A stretch of DNA of 64,000 nt, from the NCBI RefSeq assembly GCF_001194135.2, contig NC_068994.1, forward strand, positions 111,326-175,325, written 5' to 3'. Position numbers and translations under genes: made by a program. This DNA is from Octopus bimaculoides. Taxonomy: Eukaryota. How positions within the stretch are numbered: the first letter of the stretch is position 1; every line of letters begins with the position of its first letter. Positions 63,913-64,000 of the stretch are shown here, in pieces. A model generated the notes under the pieces. That model was not told the DNA's origin. It saw only the letters and a program-made list of their open reading frames with translations, and made no database searches.

Positions 63913-64000
63913 TGTACGTATATATATATATAATATATATGTACGTATATATATATATATAATATATATGTACGTATATATATATATATAATATATATGT
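63885..64000. repeat. AT-rich tandem repeat (TA)n-TGTACG-(TA)n, ~29-bp unit
   Basis: Read directly from the sequence. It runs off the end of the window. Confidence 0.9.

Overview
AT-rich, microsatellite-dense animal genomic DNA with about a dozen N gaps. The SINE families and repeat landscape point to an octopus (coleoid cephalopod) draft assembly; this is an inference and was not database-checked. There are no rRNA, real tRNA or CRISPR features. One host gene is well supported: the 3' end of a + strand gene (exons 5232-5348, 7068-7209, 7791-~7908, 8113-8159) encoding a C-terminal SH2 domain whose phosphotyrosine-binding Arg (betaB5, FLVR motif) is replaced by Tyr. None of these exons is correctly captured by the ORF track. 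A second, weaker candidate gene lies on the - strand (exon 61519-61715, possibly 56955-57094) and carries Tyr motifs. The rest is a fossil record of mobile DNA: Mariner (x4), Merlin, CR1-type LINEs, R4/Dong RLE LINEs (x3), Tx1-like 3' ends, RTE, Penelope-like elements (PLE) and at least three tRNA-derived SINE families. Structured-RNA candidates include an intact minimal type I hammerhead ribozyme (51724-51822, -), several decayed hammerheads, a 104-nt G.U-biased hairpin (36330-36433), a 35-bp-arm hairpin (58800-58917) and an inverted SINE pair just downstream of the SH2 gene. All alignments were done by eye.
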